Below are positions 52,963-64,000 of a DNA stretch of 64,000 nt, one piece after another (within the stretch, counting starts at the first letter, position 1; each line of letters begins with the position of its first letter). A program made the translations under genes and the position numbers. Source of the DNA: Eledone cirrhosa (Eukaryota); the NCBI GenBank assembly GCA_964016885.1, contig OZ024745.1, forward strand, positions 132,308,001 through 132,372,000, in the 5' to 3' direction. The notes below the pieces were generated by a model that saw only the letters and a list, made by a program, of their open reading frames with translations, was not told the DNA's origin and made no database searches.

Positions 52963-55844
52963 TCTTCTGAATTTTATAATTTCACAAAGTTTTACCAATA
53001 GAGAGAGAGTCGGTTTCTAACATAGACACAATACTCTCTCATTGGAGTTTACACAACATCAACTAAGTAGATATATATGTCTGCATGTGTAGACATGGAT
53101 GTTATTGTATGTGTGGATGTGTATGTTTTGAGTTGTATGTGTGCATGTGTATATGCTTAGTATCTGTACATGTGTATATGCAGTTATTAGATGCAACATT
53201 TTTGGAATATTTTACATATTTTTACTCTTCCATTAATGGATTGTACTTGTAATTTCCTAACTAGTTGTGTTCTTTCTGTTCCTGTGAAGCCTAGCTTCTC
53301 AAGATTTGTATTGAGGCAGTTACTAACATATCCCAGTGACCCAATAATCACAGGCATAAATCTGAAGGTGTAATCAGGGTGGAGTATCTGCAGATTTCTC
53401 ATCAGTTCTGCATAAATTATCTCCTTTTCACTAATCTTTGATATTATATTAGCATCTGCTGGGCAGCTAATTTCCACTACTGTGCATGGTTTGTTCTCCC
53501 TGTCTCATATCATAATATCTGGTCTGTTATGCCTGTATTTTATTGGGGTTTTTACTGGAACATTCCACCAGTACTTTTTAATATTATGTACATGGATGTC
53601 TTCCACATTGCTGTAGTTTCTAATGTGTTTATTATCGGGGCTATCTTTTTTACGAACTGTATTGTACAGTGTTTTGGCCACTACATCATGCCTTATAGGT
53701 AGATAGTACCGCGATAACATCTTTGGACAGTTGCTGATGACATGGGTGATATCCTCGATGTTAGTTCTGCAGAGTCTGCACTTGTTATCACATCTAGGTG
53801 CTTTGCCTGCATCCCTATCTCTTTTGTGAATCAGGTATTTCGTGCTAATCTCCTGTTCCTGGATTTCAAAAGCGTATCCTTCAAAGTGAGGGCCAATATA
53901 GCAGTTGTTGGTCCAAGATAGACTACTTTCCTTATCTATATTACTCTCACTCTGGAGCTTCCTGGCAACATATCCATGCATGATCTTCTGCTGATAGGCA
54001 TGCAGTTTTTCATCCATGGATTCACTGTGATACTGCTGAGCGACATCCCTGGGTGTGAGTTTTCGATTATCACACAGGGAATATCTCTTGAGGAGTTCCT
54101 TCCCAACTCTCATGATATTATCTGTTTCATGCAGATAGACTTGCTCGAGAAACGGGTTCCTACACTTCGAGGTTCGTAGATGTTGTTGGGGAGATATGAT
54201 GCGACATTAAACTGTTGTCTGGACTGATGTTAGGCCTCTGCCTCCCTGCTTACATTTCAAGTAAAGGCGGTCTATGTTACTGTTGATGTTGAAGTTTCCG
54301 GTGTTGTTCAGTATTTTTCGAGTTCCAACATCAACTGCTCGGATTTCGTCTATCGTTCAATTGAGTATTCCAAACGTTGGTGTTAGCACAGCAAACACAT
54401 TGTGAGCCACTGTTTTGTTTTGAGCAGAGAGTTCCGATAACCAGATCTTTCTTAATTGGGTGTAGTATTCCCTGGTTACGCGTTCTTTATTACAGATACC
54501 ATTATAGAATATGTTCTCATCTATCCCCAGGTATCTGTAGCAGTACTCATCAGATATCGGTGAAACAGTTAGGCCATTGATGACAATGTTGCTAGATTGG
54601 GTTGTTGTTTTCCCCCGCTTTACAGTCATGTATGAGCATTTATCTTGGCCAATCTCCATTCCTATATCTTTTGAGAACATTGTAACCAGGTCAAGGTTTT
54701 TCTTCATCCCATCCATGTTCTTGGCATAGAGTTTCAGATCTTCCACAAAGAAATTATGGGTTAGGTTCGTATTTCTGTCCTCCTGTGAGCCAATGATGTA
54801 TCCCTCACATTTCTTGAGCAGAAAGGACAAGGGGTTTAATGACAAGATGAATAATATCACAGAAAGACTGTCCCCCTGAAATATACCCCTGCAATATTTT
54901 ATTTTATCAGTGAAAATAGAGTCCTCCCTCTCTGTCTTTAAATTTAGGATAGTAGCCCAAGAAGACAGCCTCTCTATGGCTCTGACAATAATGTCTGGGA
55001 CTTTAGCAAGTTGGAGGGCCTCTATCACCCAAGAGTGGGGAACAGAGTGGGGAACAGAATCGACAGCCAGACTGGAGTCATATTCCTCCTAAGTTGTCGC
55101 ACCCCCGACATTGCAGTTATCTTGATTAGGAGTTGTTCAACACCTCCCCAAACCCCTTTCTTTCCAGCTGCTTGTTCATCTGTGATGATGTTATTATTTT
55201 CACAGTGATCTTGGAGGAATAGGTTCAGGCAGGCTGTATACATCTTATACATCAGGTTCTGGCATGCAATGGGTCGGTAGTTTTTTGCCAAGTGGGTGTC
55301 TTTGTTCTTGGGGACCAGTAATGTTTGTGCTAATGTCAACCATTCTGGTATAAGTGTATCTCCCTTAAAAACTTGTTGGTAGAGGTCAGTAAGATACCTC
55401 CGATAGAATATCAGTTTTTTGTACCAGTAGCCGACAATCATGTCTCTTCCTGGTGCTTTCTTCTCTTGGAGTTTTCCTATCACAGTCTCAAGGGTACCCT
55501 CACTTATTTCGTATGTTTTTGTTGTAGTGTAGGAGCAATAGTTCTTTCGGATTTCTCTTAGCCACACTACATCTTGGTTGAAATTCTTCTTTTCACCCCA
55601 TATTTTGCTCCAAAAGGAATCTATGTCTTTCTGGGATGGGGCCTCAGTGACACTTATTATTTTGCCCTTCATATCTCTATAGACTGATGTTTGGTTTCGT
55701 CTGAATCTTTTATTAAGCACTTTTCTCTCATCTACCTTCTTCAGGTATCTTCAGCTCTCAATTCTTGTTTGAGGGTGATCAGCTTATATTGGAGAGTTCT
55801 GGTTCTACTGTTACCAAACATCGTCTCCATTTTATTTTTCACTC
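52963..55844 (-). mobile_element. 5'-truncated, degenerate R4-clade RLE retrotransposon bounded on both sides by (CATA)n
   Basis: Minus ORFs: KAPGRDMIVGYWYKKL, NYRPIAC, GIFQGDSLSVILF, HNFFVEDLKLY, YRYLGI, CRLCRTNIEDITHVISNC, RHD, RPDIMI*D, EISCP, EKEIIY. TATG tracts at 52851-52962 and 55845-55905. Confidence 0.9.
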
Positions 55845-56169
55845 TATGTATGTATGTATGTATGTATGTATGTATGTATGTATGTATGTATGTATGTATG
55901 TATGTTCTTGTCTTCGGTACTTCCTTAATATTGTTGTTGATGTTGTGTTCAGCCATGTTGTTTGTAGCAAATCCTTGTAAAATGAATTATGTATTTAGTC
56001 AGATATCTCTACGAATTCGAATAAAAGGTGTCTTCAGAAGTTATAGTTAGAAGAATAACCAGTTATTCAACATGACTGTAGTTGTGGCATTACTGTCGGA
56101 GATATATTCATCTTAAATTTAATAAATAGTCTCCCACGTCAAAATATGCGACTGATCGCGTTGACTGTC

Positions 56170-56201
<32 letters not shown>

Positions 56202-56255
56202 TGTATGTATGTATGTATGTATGTATGTATGTATGTATGTATGTATGTATGTATG

Positions 56256-56813
56256 TTATCTCTTTCTCCTAATTTCGAGTATATTTTTTTGACCGGCCAC
56301 CTTCCTGGTGGCAAGGTTGTAAAAGAAAATAAATTGTCATCCCTTGAATCGCAAGAATATTTTGCAAATTTTGAAGGTGCCAGCTCTCGCAGCCATTTGT
56401 AGACTATGAATTAGGGAGCTGCGCTCTTTGTCCACAAATCCAAGTTCAGTCATACTTTGGTCCAAGCGGGTTGGTATATAATCCGTAGCTCCAATAATGA
56501 TGGGTATGAAGCTAAAGGTGTATCTTGTATACTGGATTTGTAAACTCCTCATCAATGGTCCGTAGATGTCCTCCTTCTCCTGTATTTTTCTGACAACGTT
56601 TACTTCAAGTGGGCAGCTGATCTTCACAACAGAACACGTTTTCAATGTGTTGTCCTAAACAACAATATCAGGCCGGTTGTTCCTTAATTTGGTGGCAGCT
56701 TTTATTTTCAGGTCCCACCAGTATTCCTTAGTGCCATCTGTCTCAATATATTCTTCCTCGTTTGTTGTTAATTTTGTTTTCCGAAGTGCGTTCCAGATGG
56801 TTCTAGCTATCCC
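56256..56813 (-). mobile_element. Second, divergent R4-clade 3' fragment (RLE domain + 3' UTR) bounded on both sides by (CATA)n
   Basis: GIARTIWNALRK...EYWWDLKIK...NRPDIVV*DNTLKTCSVVKISCPLEVNVVRKIQEKEDIYGPLMRSLQ...FIPIIIGA. TATG tracts at 56171-56255 and 56814-57185. Confidence 0.88.
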
Positions 56814-57311
56814 ATGTATGTATGTATGTATGTATGTATGTATGTATGTATGTATGTATGTATGTATGTATGTATGTGTGTATGTATGTATGTATGTATG
56901 TATGTATGTATGTATGTATGTATGTATGTATGTATGTGTGTATGTATGTATGTATGTATGTATGTATGTATGTATGTGTGTATGCATGTATGTATGTATG
57001 TATGTATGTGTGTATGTATGTATGTATGTATGTATGTATGTGTGTATGCATGTATGTATGTATGTGCATGTGTGTATGTGTGTATGTATGTGTGTATGTA
57101 TGTATGTATGTGTGTATGCATGTATGTATGTATGTATGTGCATGTGTGTATGTGTGTATGTATGTGTGTATGCATTTATGTATGCATGTTGTTGCAAATG
57201 TATGCGTCTTCTTCACGACTCTCCAAACACATTTCTATGTTAAGTACACGTGACTGATTGTGTTTGCACGTGTTTGGCATGTGCGAGACTAATTGTATCT
57301 GATTAAACGTA

Positions 57312-57375
<64 letters not shown>

Positions 57376-57443
57376 TGTGTGTATGTGTGCATGTGTGCAT
57401 GTGTGCATGTGTGTGTGTGTTTGTATGTGTATATGTGTGTCTC

Positions 57444-57474
<31 letters not shown>

Positions 57475-57635
57475 GTGTGTTTGTATGTGTGTGTGTGTAT
57501 GTGTGCATGTGTGTGTGTGTGTGTGTGTGTTTGTATGTGTGTGTGTATGTGTGTACGTGTGTCTGTGTATGCGTATGTGTGTGTATGTGTGTCTCTCTCT
57601 CTCTGTGTATGCGTTTGTGTGTGTGTGTGTGTTTT
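56814..57635. repeat. (TATG)n and (GT)n microsatellite blocks
   Basis: Direct. Confidence 0.95.
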
Positions 57636-59749
57636 CATGTATACCAATCAATGTGTTTGTGGTTTATTATCACCATGTACAAGTTTTCGACATACTCTTT
57701 GTGATGTTCAGAAGAAATCTTCAACGGAGTGCTGAGGCAGTTGATAATAATACGGAGGAGGCTTTACAAAAGAAAAACAACATAAAACAACAAAATCTCC
57801 AAATTATTTCTATCCAATTTAAGCGCAGTAAATAGTCGGCTAAGATCAACCATCTTTTGCAACCTTCGTTACATTATATCAGCTGTTTCGTCTATATATC
57901 ATTTAAATGAAGCTACCTTTTCTACAATCACTGTAAATTATATGCTTTCAGTCTATGTAAATGGGAGGTAACAAAGTTTAACTTAACAAAGGACATATGC
58001 ATATATATATATATTGGTATATAATGATTGTGTTTGGAACATAACTTAATAAAGGTTTCTTATGTAAGATTATGATGGAAGATTTTTTTAGATAAATGAA
58101 AACACTTTCAACCTTTTGTTACTATATTGATCTTGAAAAAAACACTGTTGGTGTTTGGAACATAACTTAACAAAGGTTCTTACATAAAATTATGATGAAA
58201 TGTTTTTAATTTCAATATAAACGATTCATGAAAAGAGTTAATGTTTACTTATAATGTGATATCAACCAGTGAGGCTTTCATTCTAACGGGCAAGTTTAAA
58301 CTTAAAGATATGCTTAAAATATTTGAGGGCTTTAGGAAAGAATTGCGTGGTAAATGGTAAATCTCCCACATCTCACACTCATAAATAATAGCACACCTCA
58401 CATAGACATCTTACATCTTTACCTTCAGTTTCAATGACTCTTCTCTCCACATTAATACACCACTCAATTCCTGACACTTCTAAGGTTTGTGTATGAGTCC
58501 CCCATAGAAGAAAAAAGAAAAATACACAGAAAATTATCAAATTGACATATCGAAACCCATTTAGTGCATTAAATTGCCATTGGTTATTATCACATGCAAA
58601 ATTTAAATACATAAAAACTGAATCTCTCATCATTAAGCTCCTTTTATATAATTATTACGAAAGGTTTTTAGATACATTTGGACATCTTAAAACAGTTTTT
58701 GATTGTTGAATCAACTTCAGGTTCTTTGATATCAAAAGTGTTAATAGCTTTCCCATTATATTTCACTGGGAAATTTAGATTCTTAAATTTAACAGTCCAT
58801 TACGTGGTCAAGAGATCAAATAATGGAGATAGCAGAGGAATAATCATTGTATACACACACACACACATGCCCCCCCCCCTGCACAAGCATAAATCACACA
58901 TATGCACATACAAATATGAATACACATCATGCAACATCCTTATATAAATAAACATATACACTCAAACATATACACCATATCCACCACCTACTTTCACCAA
59001 CTGGTGTCGCTAAAGTAGAGAAAGTTTGATAAATTGACATAAAATGACTTTAATTGTATTCTGGTTTTCAGAATAGGGCCCATTCCTTACAGAAGCAGGG
59101 GGCTCTGTTTGTAGAATTGTCCTTGTTTGATGATGGAGGAACCTAGGGCTTTCACTTCCTCCGCGCCCAGTAACTAAAGCCCTGCTGAAAATGGTTATGA
59201 GTGCTGTCCTCCAAAATCTGCGTCATGTAAAACTAAAAGCTGTAGTAACGTGGGCATAGGTGCTAACATTTGCAAATCTGATACTCTCAATTTAGTTACC
59301 AACGTACGTGATATGCATATAGAAATGTACCACCTCAGGCATTTCAGGTATACCCTCAAGCGTCTGAGACGATAAACGTCAGTAAAGACAGCATCAGTTT
59401 TATAAACGAAAAGAAATAAATATATTCACAACATTGAACTAATTTGTACCCTGGAGACTGAGTCTATAAATGCACTAAATAAATATTGTTTTCACTTTTA
59501 AACGATGCAAATGACCAGATCTTAGATGCGTTCTTGATTATGAAATATTCACTAGTTTAAATACAAAAATAACAAATGTCCACACATGCAGATTCTGTGT
59601 GCGAGTGTTGAAGTGTTTTACATGACTAGCTTTATGCCTAGTTGGCTCCACTTTACATATGGCGTCTTGTAAGCATCTATTTTGTGCCCCATGATAATTT
59701 CGTGACTGATAAACAAGTTAATAATTCCACATCGATTTTGTCTTAGTCG

Positions 59750-59840
<91 letters not shown>

Positions 59841-59873
59841 CGTGCGTGGGTGTGTGTGTGTGTGTGTATAATT

Positions 59874-60465
59874 AATGTAAATGTGAGTTTTTTGAATATT
59901 AACAATAATATTCGATTCGTTTGCAGTTATGAAAACAGCTTCTTTAAGCCATATAAGTAGAATGATCCCCTCATTCTTACTCTTGTGTTGGCATATAAAC
60001 AGAATGACAGACACTAATGTTGCTAATATGCAAATCAGGCTGATCAGTCACTGTATATTCCAGAGCATATCATATATTTTCACTAGCTCTGACAGTTGGC
60101 TGGTAAGCAGTATACGGTACTGATGAAGGGTAATCACCCAGAAACATCAGTGTCTGCCGTTCTGTTTATATGCCAACACAAGAGCAAGACTCACGGAGTT
60201 ATTCTACTCACGTGGCTTAAAGAGGCTGTTTGCATAATTGCAAACGAATGGAATATTATTATTATCGGTAGAGGGTCGGACGACATGCTTTGCAGCAAAG
60301 AGTTACGGCGCTTTATGGTCTGAGTTCAAATCCCGCCGTGGTTAACTTTGCCGTTCATCCTTACGGGGTCAATAAAACAAAGTACCAGTAATACACAGGG
60401 GTAATTGCTGGCCTTGTGCCAAAAGTAGAAACAATTATTAATATTTGAAAAACTCAGATTACATT
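59874..60465. repeat. Diverged inverted repeat (arms of about 150 bp) with a hammerhead-like core; right arm interrupted by a SINE
   Basis: 59874-60022 is reverse-complementary to 60143-60264 plus 60434-60465. CTGATGA-A-GGGT-AATC-ACCC-A-GAAAC lies at 60120-60145. Confidence 0.75.
60265..60433 (+). mobile_element. SINE family A inserted in an ATT-rich site
   Basis: Near-complete copy flanked by ATTATTA on both sides. Confidence 0.88.
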
Positions 60466-60624
60466 TCTTGTAATATCCATGTAGAGCGATGAAACTATTT
60501 GCTAGTTATTATATATATCAACTAAGACATATCAACGATAATCGGAAGCCAACTTTTCATTCTGCATATTATTTTTTTGCATATACTACCCAATTATTAC
60601 ATCATTTATATTGTATGCATTAAA

Positions 60625-61050
60625 CGAAATGGGGTTCTTCCAAAGGTACTTTCGTGTATCGTTACTCGATAGAGTGCGTAGCTCGGAGATCAGAGAGTCA
60701 CTCCAGGTAGAGCCACTACTTCTCCGAATTCAGAGATAACAGTTCTGATACTATGAGAATGTGGTTAAAATGTCTCAGAAAAGAAGCGCTGGATAGATTG
60801 CACGGGTAAAACCGACCGACAGGACCCAAGGGTAGACTCTGAGCAAGATAGTTGGATAACATCCATGAGTTTGGCTGGTTACGCTTGGGGATCCAACTGG
60901 ATAGGTTGGAGATGTTTGCTTCTGACAGGACCTGCTGGAAAGCCTGCTTGAGGAATCTACCACCACGACACTCTGAAGAAGAAGAAGAAGAAGAAGAAGA
61001 AGAAGAAGAAGAAGAAGAAGAAGAAGAAGAAGAAGAAGAAGAAGAAGAAG
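60625..61050 (+). mobile_element. RTE-clade 3' fragment with (GAA)n tail
   Basis: EMGF...DRVRSSEIRESLQVEPLLLRI...LDNIHEFGWLRLGIQ, then (GAA)n. Confidence 0.8.
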
Positions 61051-62288
61051 AATCGATTAAATCAATTAACAGTATTTAACTGATACTGTATTTTATTGAC
61101 CCTATTGTACAGTTTATCCTCGGTAACGACGGCAGATAACAATGCTAAGCCAGGGATGCTCTTTGAATAGAATTTCGGTATGAGTTGAGGAAACGTTGGA
61201 AGGAATTATCCAAAAAACATCTAGATGGTAGAATATTCCACATGTACCTGTACCCAGAGTGTACTTTTCAGGCAAAATCTATTTGACACACTATGTAACA
61301 AAAGGATGTTTGAAGTACATGTACTGTTCATCTGACGGGTTTCTACACAATTTCCGTCTACCCAATTTCACTTGCAATCCTTGATTCATCTCGAGGCTAG
61401 CAATGACATTTTCCCCAAAGGATCGATCTCAAGACGTCATTATCTCGTGGCGAACTTCATATAACTCCTCTTACGCCTGCGTTCTATCACCACTACGACT
61501 GCGACAATGACGTCATCAGCAAGACAACAAACGAGAACAACGACAGTATTTCCACTTATACATACGCTAGCTCTTATGTTGTAGGATTCCTGATGCTACT
61601 GTGACTGAAGACTACTCGAAAACAGCTTCATGGGAATGTGGGAATGACATCAATGTTATTTCTGTCTGCCACAAGATAACTGTTCCTCATTGAAAAAGTA
61701 GATACGGTTGATTTTGTGCCAAACACAACAAGCAGTAGTCTAAAATGTGTGCCATGTTACCAAGAACTCTGATAGAATCTAATCAGTCAAACTATTTGGA
61801 AAAGAAATCTTGTAATCAATAAGACGAGTTCAACTGGAAACCAATATATATTGTCGAAGTACGCTTTGATGTTTCACTGATATCAAATATGATAAGAGGA
61901 ATAGAGGATGCCAGGCTGATTGACGTGGGAGATATTGGGGGAGATTGCTAATTGATTTTTTACTCTCCTTTGCAAAACAATATACAGAGATGCATAAACA
62001 AATAAAAAACACAACATATAAATATACATCCATCACTATATATACACATACACACATATATATACATACACACACATATACTCACGTATATATATATGTA
62101 TATATTTTAAAAAGTCCGAACTGTATATATATATATTTATACATATATATACATATATACATATATATATCTATATATATCTATATCTATATATATATAT
62201 ATATAACATTTTAAGTACACTGAGATGCTACCAGTACCTAACAAGGAAAACTTATGCTAGTCCCGTTAACCTCTTATTATATATATAT

Positions 62289-62370
<82 letters not shown>

Positions 62371-62677
62371 AATATGGCATTTGAAAGTCGTATGTAACTT
62401 GTATATTTTTCCGACTTCTGTGCTCTACGTTCAAATCTTTCTCCTGTCAAACTTCTCAACAATCCTGTTGGAACGAGCTTTATTAAAGCATCTGTTGAGG
62501 TACCATGTCGTATCTATTTCGGTTCTGTGCTTTCAGATTTTAAATCCCACCCCCTTGTCACCGGAAACTCTGTGATAGGCTTGAGAATCTTTAAACGGCC
62601 AGCCAAGTATTCTAGGTGATTACACACCTGTTAAAAAATAATCAAGTAAGACTGCCATGGCCTGTACACGCACTTCA

Positions 62678-62714
<37 letters not shown>

Positions 62715-63293
62715 TGGCATCAAAAGTAGATGGTAATACATGACCAGCGACATATCCCCACGATTTCCATAACTAAACCTAAGATGGTATGAACATGTGA
62801 TGAAGTCACATGCATAACCATGTAACAGAAATATACATCATGCAATGAAGCAATTAAGGTGAATCAACGACGTCTTAACAACTTTTAATTAATATATATA
62901 TATGTATATATATATATATCGAATGTAGAAAAGTAACACACGAGTTGATATAGATAAAAACAAATAGTAGAAAGGAAAAATATCTTTTCAGTAGAAAATG
63001 CTGAAGAGATTCTTTCAGTGTAATATCAAAACATTTATATATTTTTAAAGAGGATATTTCCGCGTTTAATAATGGCACCGGTCTCAGCATTATATGCATT
63101 GTCAACTGCGGATATGCATAATATGGTTATGTTCCATATTTATACAAATAATAATAATAAAAAGGGGAGGAAAAATTATTAATTTTTACATACATATTTA
63201 GAGAGGAGAGTTCAAATCTCTGTCCGCGTTTGTCCTTTTTACTCTGTTAGTTGGCTGATATACATGAAATTAATAAATGAAACAATCAAAACA

Positions 63294-63408
63294 CGGTTAT
63301 ATTAGGTTCATACTTGATGGAAATGGCCCCCCCCCCCATTTCCATCAAGTATGAACCTAATATAACCGGGGGTCGACGTTTCGGACAGAAGTCCTTCTTC
63401 TGGAAAGT
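63294..63408. repeat. Perfect 33-bp-arm palindrome with C9 spacer, adjacent to a degenerate minus-strand hammerhead motif
   Basis: 63294-63326 and 63336-63368 are exact reverse complements. The minus strand reads CAGAAGA-A-GGAC-TTCT-GTCC-GAAACGTC at about 63375-63402. Confidence 0.8.
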
Positions 63409-64000
63409 TAGGATAAGGATAGAACAGATACAGGTAATTGTAGTTAGAGAAAGTTAGGAAAGGAAATTGAATTTAAAAAAAAGTAAAAATGAAAAGTAAT
63501 AGGCAGGGGGGACGATGGTGGAAAGTAGCTGGGTTACTTAGGTGTGTTGTGTGTCGAATGCGAGAACGTGTGCGTATATGTAGCTATACAAACTAAAGAA
63601 ACGCGTACTCTACTTATTGTATGAGTTTATATTTATTTGCTTATAGTAACAGTATGATTCAGAATTGTAATACTTCAGAACTGTAGGAAATACTCTCGTG
63701 ATCGTTAAGTTCCGATCGAAAAGGCTTTGGCAGCTTCTAAAGAATGTTGATACTTATTGAATATTGAGTAAGGTTATATCAGATTACGTGGTGATATCAA
63801 TGTCTAGCTAATGCAGCCAGCTTCCGTTGGTTTCTGCTTGACCGAACTGTTATTGAACCAAACTCTTGACACGACAACCACCAACTACTGCTGGACAAGA
63901 CTGCTACTAGTTTTAGCGCAGAGAGGTGTTAATGGCTGCTGCTCGGATAAATCTAAATTTACAGACAGCTACTGAATAGGACCTTTGCCACAATCAGCAG

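Noticed and set aside
58030-58198. Short local duplications (also 51648-51740, 26837-26875, 16863-16888)
   Set aside because: Ordinary slippage or tandem duplications with no further structure.
59091-59184. Possible minus-strand exon (TTTTCAG ... GTAAGG)
   Set aside because: Weak pyrimidine tract, no recognisable peptide and no linked exons.

Overview
AT-rich, microsatellite-saturated eukaryotic DNA, most likely from an octopus or related coleoid cephalopod (inferred from the tRNA-derived SINE families and repeat landscape; not database-checked). I recognise no intact host protein-coding gene. Almost all listed ORFs are microsatellite artefacts. The window is mostly mobile-element remains. 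It holds a near-full-length R4/Dong-clade retrotransposon with a restriction-like endonuclease (RLE) (4809-8408, one frameshift), apparently nested in the (ATT)n tail of a Tx1/L1-clade LINE. A second, divergent R4-clade family has two or three copies, each embedded in (CATA)n tracts (52.9-57.2 kb). There are also CRE, RTE and Penelope-like fragments, mariner and maT-like transposase relics, about 20 SINE copies, and several minisatellites. The most interesting signals are: (1) apparent (CATA)n versus (TAA)n target specificity of two co-resident R4-clade families; (2) minimal hammerhead-ribozyme motifs inside inverted repeats, a Penelope-type terminal structure, best at 24583-24720; (3) several long inverted repeats that could form dsRNA; and (4) a canonical-looking minus-strand exon pair and a polyproline reading frame that may belong to an unrecognised transcript.
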